NCBI GenBank assembly: GCA_016432465.1
Contig: CP066690.1
Coordinates: 526,823 to 590,822, forward strand
Length of the DNA: 64,000 nt
Source of the DNA: Candidatus Sungiibacteriota bacterium
GTDB taxonomy: Bacteria; Patescibacteriota; Minisyncoccia; Sungbacterales; HO2-52-23
Reading direction: 5' to 3'
Below, piece after piece: positions 46,111 through 56,031 of the stretch; position 1 is the stretch's first letter; each line of letters starts with the position of its first letter. A program made the position numbers and the translations under genes. The notes beneath the pieces are model-generated. The model saw only the letters and a program-made list of their open reading frames with translations. It had not been told where the DNA came from and did no database searches.

Positions 46111-46195
46111 ACCGCCACCTATTATTATAAACCAGAACCATAAAAATCGCAACATTTGTGTGTTGAAATAAAATTATTCTTTGAGTATTGTAGAG

Positions 46196-46975
46196 ATGAT
46201 GGCTCGTATTATTTCTCTCTGTAACCAAAAGGGCGGTGTGGGAAAAAGTACCACGGTGCAGAATCTGGCTGTTTTTCTGGCGGCACTCGGAAAAAGAGTG
46301 CTGGTGGTTGATATTGATCCGCAGGCCAATACGACCTCGGGTTTTGGCATAAACCCGCGAAAGTTAGATAAGAATATTTACCATGTTCTTATAGGAAAGA
46401 ACCCCATTGATACCGTTATAAAGAAAACGGGTGTACTGTCGGTGGACATTATTCCTTCGGCATCGGCACTCGCCGGAGCAGCCATTGAACTTATTGACAT
46501 GAGGCATCGGGAGTATAGACTAAAGGAAGTCCTTGAGCCACTACGCAGAAAATATGATTTTATTGTGATTGATTCGCCGCCCAGTCTCGGCCTCCTCACT
46601 ATTAACGCCCTAACCGCCGCGCAAAAAACTATTATCCCGGTACAGTGCGAGTATTACGCCCTGGAGGGTTTGGCCGATCTTTTGCATACCATACAGCTTG
46701 TTAACACCAATCTGAAAACAAAAATTGCGATTATGGGTGCGTTACTTACCATGTATGACAGAAAATCACGCTTGCATCGGGCAGTGGCCAAAGAAATTCG
46801 CCGCAAATTTCCCGGATACGTATTTGAGGCTGTAATTCCAAGAAATGTCAGCTTGGCCGAGGCGCCTTCTTTTGGGAAAACAATTTTGCATTATGAGCCT
46901 TATTCACATGGCGCCAAGGCGTATCGGCAGCTTGCCGAAGAAGTGTTGAGACTAGAAGGAGTTAGAAATATATAA
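46196..46975 (+). CDS. parA: ParA/Soj chromosome partitioning ATPase
   Basis: NQKGGVGKST, DIDPQAN, DSPPSLG, PVQCEYYALEG, LAEAPSFG. Confidence 0.96.
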   Translation: MMARIISLCNQKGGVGKSTTVQNLAVFLAALGKRVLVVDIDPQANTTSGFGINPRKLDKNIYHVLIGKNPIDTVIKKTGVLSVDIIPSASALAGAAIELIDMRHREYRLKEVLEPLRRKYDFIVIDSPPSLGLLTINALTAAQKTIIPVQCEYYALEGLADLLHTIQLVNTNLKTKIAIMGALLTMYDRKSRLHRAVAKEIRRKFPGYVFEAVIPRNVSLAEAPSFGKTILHYEPYSHGAKAYRQLAEEVLRLEGVRNI

Positions 46976-47057
46976 GCGACAAGAGATACGCGACAAGCTA
47001 CATGTAGATTTCTTTTTGCATGTTTTTTGTCTTATGTCTCGTGTACCGCGCTGTTTA

Positions 47058-48062
47058 ATGCCAGAGTCTTTAGGAAGGGGTCTTGAGTCTTTAATACCAG
47101 ATAAGCCACCGGAAGAAATGCCGGAAAATTTTGATACATCGGAAGCAGTTCTGCCTTCGGCGGAGAAGCAAAAACCAAAATTATCTAGCCTTGGAGAGGG
47201 ATCACGATTAAGTTACGAAGACCATTTTACACCGCGGCGGAGCGATTCTGTTTTCTGGATTGAGGTCGAAAAAATAGAACCCAATCCGTTTCAGCCGCGA
47301 CGCGAATTTGAAGAGTCCACCCTTAAAGATCTGGCCGGTTCTATTCGGGAGCACGGCGTGCTACAGCCAATTTTAGTAACCAAAAGAGAAATAGAAACCC
47401 CAGGCGGTATTGACGTCCGTTATCAGTTGATTGCGGGAGAAAGGCGTTGGCGTGCGGCACGCTTGGCAGGACTGACCCAGATCCCCGCAGTGATTCGTCG
47501 GGGGATGCCGGACGATCGTCTCAAGCTGGAATTGGCTTTGATTGAAAACGTACAACGTGAGGACTTAAATCCCCTGGAGCGCGCGAGGGCTTTTAAACAG
47601 CTTATTGATGAGTTTCATCTGGTACAGAGAGAAATTGGAGAAAGGGTTGGTAAGTCCCGGGAGTTTGTAGCTAACACCATACGTCTTCTTGCTCTTCCCA
47701 ACGAAATTCAGGAAGCATTGCACGCAGGCAAAATTACCGAAGGGCACGCTCGGGCCGTTTTAATTGTCGGTGACGACCCGACTAAACAATCTGAAGTTTA
47801 TAACGCCGTGGTTATGGATCGCCTCACAGTTCGCGAGGCGGAAAACAAAGCGCGCCAAGTAAGCGGAAAAGTTTTTGTTCCGCGCAGACGTCCTGCTGCG
47901 GTTCAAGATCCGGAGATGCGCGAGTGGAAAAATAGACTTGAGGAAAAACTAGGCACCAAAGTCCAGCTTCAAAAAATCGGCGAGCGCGGAAAAATCGTGG
48001 TGGAGTTTTATTCCGAAGAAGAACTTAGGGGAATACTTGGCAAACTGATTAGAGAAGCATAA
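47058..48062 (+). CDS. parB: ParB/Spo0J partition protein
   Basis: LGRGLESLI, NPFQPR, IAGERRWRAA, ENVQREDLNPLE. Confidence 0.96.
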   Translation: MPESLGRGLESLIPDKPPEEMPENFDTSEAVLPSAEKQKPKLSSLGEGSRLSYEDHFTPRRSDSVFWIEVEKIEPNPFQPRREFEESTLKDLAGSIREHGVLQPILVTKREIETPGGIDVRYQLIAGERRWRAARLAGLTQIPAVIRRGMPDDRLKLELALIENVQREDLNPLERARAFKQLIDEFHLVQREIGERVGKSREFVANTIRLLALPNEIQEALHAGKITEGHARAVLIVGDDPTKQSEVYNAVVMDRLTVREAENKARQVSGKVFVPRRRPAAVQDPEMREWKNRLEEKLGTKVQLQKIGERGKIVVEFYSEEELRGILGKLIREA

Positions 48063-48110
48063 TCTGGTCATCCAGACACCGATCGGACGTTGATTATTAA
48101 AATAAGTTTT

Positions 48111-49850
48111 TTAGGAAGTCAGCCTGTACCCCACCTCCTCCACCCCTTTCACCTCCTTCAGCCTCACCATTACGCGTTCAATTTGGATGCGGTTTTTAAA
48201 CGGGGCCTGAATAGTTATCTTGGCCCAAGTTTGGTTTTTGGTGTCGGTGTCTACTCTTTTGATATTGATTTTTTGTTTGGCCAAAACGTTGGTGACGTCA
48301 CGCAAAAGCCCCACCCGGTCTTTTATCGTAAGACTTAGTTCCACAATTTCGCTGGTCCGTTTCCCAAAAACTTCGTCCTGACGTTTCTTTTTTAAAAAAG
48401 AAGCAATGCGTTTTCGGGCCTGCGGACTTTTTATAAAACCAAGCCAGTCCGAGCTTGGTCTTTTGTTTTTTTGGGTTAAAATTTCCACCACGTCCCTATT
48501 TTTTAAAACATAATCAAGAGCAACCATTTTTCCGTTTACTTTGGCGCCGGCAGCAGTGTTCCCTACGTCAGTATGGACGTGGTAGGCAAAGTCAATGGGC
48601 GTTGATCCCTCGGGAAGATCCAGCACGTCACCCTTCGGTGTCAGGACAAAAATTCTGTTTTTGAAAAAATCAATTTTTAGTGACTCCAAAAATTCGTCCG
48701 GCTTCTCAAATTCTTTCTGCCATTCTTTGAGCTGTCTGATCCAAGAAAATTGACGTTGGTTCATAAAAGACGCCTGCTCCTTTGCGTAGGCCGCCGGATT
48801 TTTGCGTTTAAACTCTGAATAAGCCCAGTGGGCGGCAATACCGTGTTCTGCTTCCTCGTGCATCTCCGGCGTTCGCATCTGGATTTCTATTGGCCGTTCC
48901 TCCGGCCCAAAAACAGTGGTATGGAGAGAACGATAACCATTGGGTTTGGGCATAGCAATATAGTCTTTAATTTTTCCGGGCACGGGCCTCCATGTTTTGT
49001 GCACTACTCCGAGAGTGGAATAACAATCCTCAACGGTAGGAACAATAACGCGTAGCGCCACAATGTCGGTGATTTTATTGATGTCCATGTCATTTTTCAG
49101 AAGCTTTTTATACAGACTATAGTAGTGTTTTGCCCGCGCATGTATGTCAAGAAAGGATATGTGCTCTTCAATGAGGACACCAGCTAGTTTTGGTTTGACC
49201 CCTCTTACGTAATTGTCCCAGTCCTCGTATTTTTCTTTGGTGGCTTTCATTAGCCATTCGTATTCTTTAGGGTAAACGTAAGGAAAAGCCAAGTCTTCTA
49301 GTTTTCCTGAAAGTTCTTTGATACCTAGCCTATAGGCAAGCGGCGCATAGATCTCCATGGTTTCTAAAGCAATACGTCGTTGTTTTTCCGGCGCCATAGA
49401 ATTTAAGGTTTCCACGTTGTGGAGGCGGTCAAGTAATTTGATTAGTACAACGCGTATATCTTCAGCCACCGCAAGAAACATTTTTCTTAAAGACTCGGCC
49501 GATCTTTCTGTGCCTTTATAGCGTATTTTGTCAAGTTTGGTGACGCCCTCCACTAAAAACGCAACATCTTCACCAAAACTTTTCCGGATGACTTCTTTGC
49601 TGCAGGTGGTATCTTCACAAACATCATGCAGTAGTGCTGCAACAATAGTGGTTGTGTCAAGTTTCAACTCCGCAAGATACAAAGCCACGACCAAGGGATG
49701 AGTAATATAAGGCTCACCAGATTTCCGGGTTTGTCCTTGGTGGGCTTGGTAGGCTAACTCATAAGCCTTTTTGACGGTTTCCAAACTTTCGTCCGACTGC
49801 GCCTGAATCTTTATTTTTTCCAGGAGATTATTGATCGTCATCTTGCGCAT
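48111..49850 (-). CDS. RelA/SpoT bifunctional (p)ppGpp synthetase/hydrolase
   Basis: HQGQTRKSGEPY, LLHDV, PKPNGYRSLHT, TGS (DFAYHVHT), C-terminal ACT. Confidence 0.95.
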   Translation of the reverse strand: MRKMTINNLLEKIKIQAQSDESLETVKKAYELAYQAHQGQTRKSGEPYITHPLVVALYLAELKLDTTTIVAALLHDVCEDTTCSKEVIRKSFGEDVAFLVEGVTKLDKIRYKGTERSAESLRKMFLAVAEDIRVVLIKLLDRLHNVETLNSMAPEKQRRIALETMEIYAPLAYRLGIKELSGKLEDLAFPYVYPKEYEWLMKATKEKYEDWDNYVRGVKPKLAGVLIEEHISFLDIHARAKHYYSLYKKLLKNDMDINKITDIVALRVIVPTVEDCYSTLGVVHKTWRPVPGKIKDYIAMPKPNGYRSLHTTVFGPEERPIEIQMRTPEMHEEAEHGIAAHWAYSEFKRKNPAAYAKEQASFMNQRQFSWIRQLKEWQKEFEKPDEFLESLKIDFFKNRIFVLTPKGDVLDLPEGSTPIDFAYHVHTDVGNTAAGAKVNGKMVALDYVLKNRDVVEILTQKNKRPSSDWLGFIKSPQARKRIASFLKKKRQDEVFGKRTSEIVELSLTIKDRVGLLRDVTNVLAKQKINIKRVDTDTKNQTWAKITIQAPFKNRIQIERVMVRLKEVKGVEEVGYRLTS

Positions 49851-49963
49851 ATTTTAGCCCAAAAACTTAATTTTTTCAAGTTTCGTTACGAAGGCGTATT
49901 TCGCAACAAGCCCTTAGTTATAAAAAACCGGTTCTGCTGAAGGACCAGTCAATCGCTCTTGGC

Positions 49964-50188
49964 TTATTGCTCTTTGTCCGGGACTGCCCGATGAATTGTG
50001 ATATATTCGTCAGGTTCCAAAAGACGGCCCCCGATGACCTCCTTCAAAAAAGCGCATTTTCCAAGACGTTCGGGCGTATACTTTCCGCCGACCTCTGGGC
50101 CGCGCGCCTTTTCAATGGCCTGCTGGATAAAAGTAATCATAGCCTCTACAGACTCCACAAACCAAGGGCATGTTATTTCTACCTGCAC
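49964..50188 (-). CDS. Small hypothetical protein
   Basis: 74-aa ORF; AAGGGGG RBS before GTG. Confidence 0.5.
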   Translation of the reverse strand: MQVEITCPWFVESVEAMITFIQQAIEKARGPEVGGKYTPERLGKCAFLKEVIGGRLLEPDEYITIHRAVPDKEQ

Positions 50189-50206
50189 GTATTTCCCCCT
50201 TTTTAC

Positions 50207-50248
50207 TTATTACAACATTTATATCGATCGTTTTAGATGTTGTAATAA
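50207..50248. repeat. 42-bp palindromic site, copy A
   Basis: ttattacaacat-ttatat-CGATCG-ttttag-atgttgtaataa. Confidence 0.85.
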
Positions 50249-50259
50249 ACTTTTTCTCT

Positions 50260-50811
50260 CTAAATTGTGCCAGTCGCACTGAGCGATACGATATGGATAT
50301 ATTTGCTCATACGGCGGGCGTCAATACTTTTAATAAGCGTTTCGGGCAGGGGGCGTTTCCCAATGTAAACGCTTTTTTGAAGCGGCTCGAATCCGCAGGC
50401 TAGAAGTTCCTTACGCAGCCACGAGCGTTTTTCTTTCTCGTCCTCGGGGATATCAAAGGTAACAAGACGCGTCAGGCCGTCAGCGGGTGGGAGTATATGC
50501 GTCATCCTTGGTTCTGCCGGTTTTGTATCTTTTAACTTGTGCAGCCCTTTCTTGGTGATGCGCCACCTTGCTTTTTTCTTAGGACCCGCACATACCACCA
50601 AACCTTCTCTTTTGAGGCGATTTAGAATACTTGAAAGCGAGTGTTTGGCTTCGGGGACGGAGGAGTATCGTACGTGGTCGAGTCCGAACAAACCGCGGAT
50701 TAATCCCGTACCCGGGTAGTATTTAGGGAAGAAGGCGTCGATCATAAGCGGTCCAGCTTCTGCCAGCTGATCAAGAAGAGCGCGTGTTATGGATTTTAAC
50801 ACCTTTTTCAT
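50260..50811 (-). CDS. PaaX-like wHTH protein with Cas2-like ferredoxin domain
   Basis: wHTH-like LNRLKREGLV..WRITKKG; RLVTFDIPEDEKEKRSWLRKELLACGFEPLQKSVYIG. Confidence 0.8.
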   Translation of the reverse strand: MKKVLKSITRALLDQLAEAGPLMIDAFFPKYYPGTGLIRGLFGLDHVRYSSVPEAKHSLSSILNRLKREGLVVCAGPKKKARWRITKKGLHKLKDTKPAEPRMTHILPPADGLTRLVTFDIPEDEKEKRSWLRKELLACGFEPLQKSVYIGKRPLPETLIKSIDARRMSKYIHIVSLSATGTI

Positions 50812-50827
50812 GATATTTCCCCAGCAT

Positions 50828-50875
50828 ATTTTATTACAACATTATAAACGATCGCTAGGAATGTTGTAATAAAAT
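50828..50875. repeat. Palindromic site, copy B (same 42-bp core)
   Basis: att-ttattacaacat-tataaa-CGATCG-ctagga-atgttgtaataa-aat. Confidence 0.85.
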
Positions 50876-50998
50876 TATAATGGGCGTGGCACGGAATGTA
50901 AATAGCAAGGAAGGCAAGTTTGGATTTTTTATCCAGACGCGGGTCTACCCAGGAGGCATGATCATACTCGGGCGAGCCTCGCTGCCCCCTTGTATATA

Positions 50999-53026
50999 TT
51001 AAGAAGTTTTCTCCTCGTTACTTTTTCTAGGGTCTTTCCAAGATGCGTACTCACAGGCGGGATACCGCGAACAGCCGTAAAAAACTTTTCCACGTTTTGT
51101 CCGTCGTATAACCATGTCGCCAACGCTGCACTTGGGGCACTTCAGGTCAAGTTTTTCCGGCTCCGCATTGGTTTTTAGCGATTTTGTATTTTTGCATTCC
51201 GGAAAACCGGAACAGGCCAAAAATTTTCCAAAGCGCGAGAGTTTTACCACCATGGCTTTTCCACAGCGTTCGCAAACCTCATCAGTGGTTTCCTGCACCT
51301 CGTGTTTTTTAACTGTTTTGTATTTTTCTTCCAAGTGTTTAGCAAATGGATCATAAAACTCTTGCACCACCGGTCGCCATTCTTTTTCACCAGTAGCAAC
51401 TTCGTCCAGTTCTTCTTCCATTTTGGCCGTAAATTGCACATCAACAATTTCGGGAAAGTGCTCGACCAGGAGATCGTTTACCAAAAAGCCGGTGTCAGTC
51501 GGTCTAAGATATCTTTTTTCATGGCGCTCCACATATCCGCGTTCCTGTATGGTAGAGATAATGGGCGCATAAGTTGAAGGACGGCCAATGCCGTATTTTT
51601 CCAGAGTTTTGACGAGTGAAGCTTCAGTAAAACGAGCAGGCGGCTGGGTGAAATGCTGTAGTGGCTTTAGTTCCACCAAGCCAAGTCTCTCTTCCGGTTT
51701 TAGTTCGGGCAGTGTTACCTCGGCGAATTTTATCGGATATATTTTAAGAAATCCGTCAAACCTCATTACTTGACCAGTCGTGCGGAAAAAATGTTCCAGT
51801 GCGGCCTCTACATCTATAGTCGTGCTGTCAAAAACCGCGGGAGGCATCTGGCTGGCCACAAATCTTCTCCAGATAAGGCCGTAAAGTTTATACTGCCGTA
51901 CGTCCAGAAAATTATTTACTGACTCGGGTGTCCGCCAAGGGTCTGTGGGGCGTATGGCTTCATGCGCCTCCTGCGCCCCCTTGGTTTTGGTTAGAAAGCG
52001 CCGCGGAGAGGGCGTGGTGTAGCTTTCCCCGACTTCTTTTTTAAGAAAATCGTGGGCCGCGTTAAGAGATTCTTCAGAAAGATTTACAGAGTCAGTTCTC
52101 ATGTAGGTTATCAGACCAACCGCTCCTTCTCCCAGCTCTACTCCTTCGTAAAGCTGTTGGGCAACACGCATGGTTTGTTTAGCGGAAAATCCAAGCCTTC
52201 GGAAAGCATCTTGCTGTAGGGTAGAAGTGGTGAAGGGCGGCATGGGGTTTCTGGAGACAGCGCGTTTCTCCACATTTTTTACTACCCATTCTCCATTCTC
52301 CAGACTTTTAACAATTTTTTCTGCCGCCTCCTTATTTTTTACGGCAAATTTTTGCAGAGTTTCATCTTTGATTTTAAAAAGTGCGGCACTGAAGCGTTCT
52401 TTATTTCCGGTTTCAAGCAGTGCTTCAACCGACCAGTACTCGTCCGGCTTAAAGTTATGGATCTCCCGCTCTCGTTCAGCAATGAAGCGTACCGCCACCG
52501 ACTGCACCCTGCCGGCTGAAAGTCCCCGGTATACCTTTTTCCACAAAAAAGGAGAAAGTTTATAACCCACCAGCCGGTCAAGAACCCTGCGTGCCTGTTG
52601 TGCATCAACCAACTTCATATTAATATTTCCCGGTTTTTTTAATGCGTCTTCAATGGCTCGCTTGGTAATTTCATGGAACACTATACGTTCAGTTTTTAGG
52701 TTTTTATTTTTTATTTTTAATTTAGCAAGTTCAAGCGCTTGTGTAAGGTGCCAGGCAATGGCTTCTCCTTCGCGGTCTTCGTCGGTTGCCAAGATAATTT
52801 TTTCTGCTTCAGCGGCCTCTGTTTTTAATTTTTTCACGTTGGGGGCCGCTTTTCTCGGAATCACATACTGCGGTTCAAAGTTGTGGTCTACGTCTACGCC
52901 AAGTTTTGAAACTGGCAGGTCGCGGACATGACCAAAACTTGATTCAACTACAAAATCGCTCCCGAGAAAGCGGGAGATGGTATGAGCCTTGGTGGGGGAC
53001 TCTACTATGACAAGCTTATTGGCCAT
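50999..53026 (-). CDS. topA: DNA topoisomerase I
   Basis: LVIVESPTKA, ATDEDREGE, SAGRVQS, ITYMRTDS, GIGRPSTY, two C4 zinc ribbons. Confidence 0.97.
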   Translation of the reverse strand: MANKLVIVESPTKAHTISRFLGSDFVVESSFGHVRDLPVSKLGVDVDHNFEPQYVIPRKAAPNVKKLKTEAAEAEKIILATDEDREGEAIAWHLTQALELAKLKIKNKNLKTERIVFHEITKRAIEDALKKPGNINMKLVDAQQARRVLDRLVGYKLSPFLWKKVYRGLSAGRVQSVAVRFIAEREREIHNFKPDEYWSVEALLETGNKERFSAALFKIKDETLQKFAVKNKEAAEKIVKSLENGEWVVKNVEKRAVSRNPMPPFTTSTLQQDAFRRLGFSAKQTMRVAQQLYEGVELGEGAVGLITYMRTDSVNLSEESLNAAHDFLKKEVGESYTTPSPRRFLTKTKGAQEAHEAIRPTDPWRTPESVNNFLDVRQYKLYGLIWRRFVASQMPPAVFDSTTIDVEAALEHFFRTTGQVMRFDGFLKIYPIKFAEVTLPELKPEERLGLVELKPLQHFTQPPARFTEASLVKTLEKYGIGRPSTYAPIISTIQERGYVERHEKRYLRPTDTGFLVNDLLVEHFPEIVDVQFTAKMEEELDEVATGEKEWRPVVQEFYDPFAKHLEEKYKTVKKHEVQETTDEVCERCGKAMVVKLSRFGKFLACSGFPECKNTKSLKTNAEPEKLDLKCPKCSVGDMVIRRTKRGKVFYGCSRYPACEYASWKDPRKSNEEKTS

Positions 53027-54126
53027 CAAACCATTTTTTGGTAAGTGTCGCCGCCGAGATTTTTTATAAACCCTTTAAGTTCCAGTAGAGAAAGCGAGGC
53101 CACAATGGCGGCGGTATCTAAACCGATTTTTTCTTTTATAAAATCTACGCTCTGCGGCTCTTCCAAAAGTTCAAGAATAATACTTTCGCGTTCTTCCAGC
53201 AAACCCCGCGGTTTGCCTTCTTTATTATCATTATACCCCATTCCGTACTCTTCCAAAATATCTTGGGCCGAGGCGACAATTTTGGCCCCCTCTTTAATAA
53301 GCGCATGCGGACCCGCAGAGGTTAAAGAAAAAACAGATCCGGGTACAGCAAAGACGTCACGGTTTTGCTCAAGCGCGAGTCTGGCCGTGATCAGTGCCCC
53401 CGATTTTTCACGCGCTTCCACCACCACTACCCCCCGGGAAAGGCCGGAGATTATGCGGTTGCGCATAGGGAAATGTTCTTTTACAGCAGGCGTGCCGGGA
53501 GAGTACTCGCTAATAACCGCTCCTCCGGCCTCTGCTATTCTTCGTGCCAGCCCAATGTTTTCCGGAGGGAATATGGAGTTGGGGTCAAGACCAGAGCCAA
53601 GCACCGCAATAGTAACGCCTCTGGCATCTAAGGTTGCCTCGTGGGCCCTGGAGTCAATTCCCGTAGCAAGTCCGCTGACAGTCACAACACCCGAAACCGC
53701 AAGTTCATGCACGATTTTTTCTGTCGCTTCTAATCCGTAGGTAGTGGGACGCCTGGTGCCGACCACCGCCAAATAAAGACTTTCTTTTTTAAGGATGTTT
53801 GGTACGCCGCGTCCGTAAAGCATTACTGGAGGATTTGGTATCTCTTTTAATATTGAGGGGTACTCTGGCTGGTCATCGGTAAAAACCCAGATTTCTTCCT
53901 TGACCAATCGCTCCATTTCTTTATCCGGGTTTATAGAGGGACGCTTCCAGGGAATAGAGCGTAAAGCCAACGTCGGCAGACCTGCGGATTCTAGGTCCTT
54001 TCCCTCCGCCCGCCAAGCCGCTTCGTAAGAGCCGAACTTATTTTTTAGCATACGTAAAGTTGCCGCCCCAATGTTGGGTATGGAATTTAGGGCATTCAAA
54101 AACTTTAAGTCGCGGCTGTTGGGCAT
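53026..54126 (-). CDS. dprA: DNA-processing protein DprA
   Basis: AVVGTR, VSGLATGID, FPMRNRIISG, SGALITA. Confidence 0.95.
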   Translation of the reverse strand: MPNSRDLKFLNALNSIPNIGAATLRMLKNKFGSYEAAWRAEGKDLESAGLPTLALRSIPWKRPSINPDKEMERLVKEEIWVFTDDQPEYPSILKEIPNPPVMLYGRGVPNILKKESLYLAVVGTRRPTTYGLEATEKIVHELAVSGVVTVSGLATGIDSRAHEATLDARGVTIAVLGSGLDPNSIFPPENIGLARRIAEAGGAVISEYSPGTPAVKEHFPMRNRIISGLSRGVVVVEAREKSGALITARLALEQNRDVFAVPGSVFSLTSAGPHALIKEGAKIVASAQDILEEYGMGYNDNKEGKPRGLLEERESIILELLEEPQSVDFIKEKIGLDTAAIVASLSLLELKGFIKNLGGDTYQKMV

Positions 54127-54202
54127 AATATTTTTCTACAATACTTTTCTTTGCAAAGCAAATAGGTTAAAGTAAAAGCCAAACCACAGAGGAGGAAACG
54201 TC

Positions 54203-54727
54203 GTGTCCGTGAAAGAGCGAAACCCCCTTTATGATGCCGCACGGAGGGGACCGCCAGTAGCAATAGCTCTTTTCATTTTACTACTATTTGTAATCGCACT
54301 GGCCTCAATTGGGTTTCAGTATTATAAGTATTGGCCTCGCCACGGAACCTCCTACTACGTTCATCCTGTCGGCATACCCATTTATAATATGAGCAATGTT
54401 AAGATTAGTTGGGAAGAATGGACCAGCATGGTTAAAACCGTAGATAAGTCTTTGGAAACTCTTAAATCGTGTCTTGGGGTCGCAGATATGCTGGACGAAG
54501 ACAAACTTCTTAGCGTTTCTATTATAGTACTGCCCCCGGAGACCATAACCCATTTTAAAGAAGCAGTAGAAGGATTTATCGGCCTAAAGTATATTTTTAT
54601 TCGTCGGGATCTTTTTGACGAGTCTCGTTTGGTCCACGAATGGCTGCATGCTTATTTTTTCCTGGCCTATCGCTGGAGAAGCAATTTATTTCATCAGAGT
54701 CCTTTATTTAAAAAGTGTGGTCAATAA
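54203..54727 (+). CDS. Membrane-anchored hypothetical protein with HExxH motif
   Basis: GGAGG RBS; TM helix; LVHEWLHA. Confidence 0.65.
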   Translation: MSVKERNPLYDAARRGPPVAIALFILLLFVIALASIGFQYYKYWPRHGTSYYVHPVGIPIYNMSNVKISWEEWTSMVKTVDKSLETLKSCLGVADMLDEDKLLSVSIIVLPPETITHFKEAVEGFIGLKYIFIRRDLFDESRLVHEWLHAYFFLAYRWRSNLFHQSPLFKKCGQ

Positions 54728-54820
54728 TATATGTCCCGCCTTGACGGGGCATTTGATTTCTTGCGTTAAAAAGCGTAAGGTCAGATAAGATCGTTACCAC
54801 TTTTTAGTGAGGCGAATCTC

Positions 54821-56023
54821 ATGGCAGGAAAGAAGGGGTATGCCTATTATCGTAGTCTTGAAGAGGATCCCTCTTTGCACGAAAGGCATCGGGAAGTCAT
54901 CAGGGTGGTTAATCTGTTATTAAACGGCTTGAGGGCGGTGATTGTAGGAAGGGAACTAGAGCGTGTTGCCACTTCTGTGGTGGTTGGTCTTTTTTCAGTC
55001 AGCGACTCCAAACCGGCGATGACTCACGTTAAACTTCGGCAGGAAGGGGATGAGCTTGTAAAAGAAACAGTTTTCTCCGAAGGTATCGTAGTTTCCGGAA
55101 ATATCCTTTTGACTGGTCCTCCGGGTGGCGGTAAAACTTATCTGGCAGAGACTCTGGCTTCGTTAAGCGGTCTCTCCCTTGCTTTTGTGCAGATGACACC
55201 AGACCTTACGCCGCAGGACCTTATTGTTACTGATGTGCTGGAGGGAGATAAGGTATTCACGTACTATGGCCCTGTTTTCAGACACATACTTCTGGCTGAT
55301 GAAATTAACCGCGCTACCCCCAAAACCCAGTCGGCTTTAATTCAGCGTATGTCAAGCGGCGCAGTAACTTTCAACAAGGATGGTAAAAATATTACCAAAG
55401 TACTTCCTACACCCTGTTTTACCATAGCTAGCCGGAACCCCATTGAACAGGAAGGGACCTATCCTTTGCCCGAAGCACAGCTTGATCGATTTCTTTATCA
55501 CGTTTACTTTTCTCTTCCTTCGCGTCAAACCCTGGAGGATGTTGCCCGCTTTGTTCCGGGACAGCGCGATATGGCCCTGCAGCCAGTGACAGAGGAGGAC
55601 GACATTTTAAAATCCAGAGATTTTATTGCGCGAGAAATAGAAGTTCCGGAGAAAATGATAAAGTATATGGCGCGGCTTATAGAAGCAACCTACAGTCCGT
55701 TGGATCATGGACTTTTTCCGGAGTTAAAGGAGAAGTTGGCCGGAGAGCCGTTGCTGTCACTTCCCCCGAACTCCAGAGCCATTTTGCATCTTCGCAACTC
55801 TTCGCAGACCCTGGCTTGTATTGCCGGAGAACGCGTGGTCGGGCCGTATAACATCAAGAAGCGTTTTTACGAAGCCGTAAACCATCGTTTTGTAATTAAC
55901 CCCCGGGTGCGGGGACTGCTCATGGAGTATGGCGGGCCAGAGCGCTTTTTAAGGATTTTGATAAAAGGTGATCCGGATAAGCGCCAGCACGGTCTTTTGG
56001 ATGTTATACCCATTGAGGAGTAA
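54821..56023 (+). CDS. MoxR family AAA+ ATPase
   Basis: GPPGGGKT, LLADEINRATPKTQSAL, NPIEQEGTYPLPEAQLDRF. Confidence 0.94.
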   Translation: MAGKKGYAYYRSLEEDPSLHERHREVIRVVNLLLNGLRAVIVGRELERVATSVVVGLFSVSDSKPAMTHVKLRQEGDELVKETVFSEGIVVSGNILLTGPPGGGKTYLAETLASLSGLSLAFVQMTPDLTPQDLIVTDVLEGDKVFTYYGPVFRHILLADEINRATPKTQSALIQRMSSGAVTFNKDGKNITKVLPTPCFTIASRNPIEQEGTYPLPEAQLDRFLYHVYFSLPSRQTLEDVARFVPGQRDMALQPVTEEDDILKSRDFIAREIEVPEKMIKYMARLIEATYSPLDHGLFPELKEKLAGEPLLSLPPNSRAILHLRNSSQTLACIAGERVVGPYNIKKRFYEAVNHRFVINPRVRGLLMEYGGPERFLRILIKGDPDKRQHGLLDVIPIEE

Positions 56024-56031
56024 GAGGAACC

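Noticed and set aside
50260-50811. CRISPR-Cas locus suggested by the Cas2-like motif
   Set aside because: No repeat-spacer array, cas1 or effector gene in the window; the two palindromes are ~580 bp apart, not 30-40 bp.
53045-53740. 231-aa plus-strand ORF and similar antisense ORFs in the track
   Set aside because: Shadow frames of well-supported genes such as dprA.
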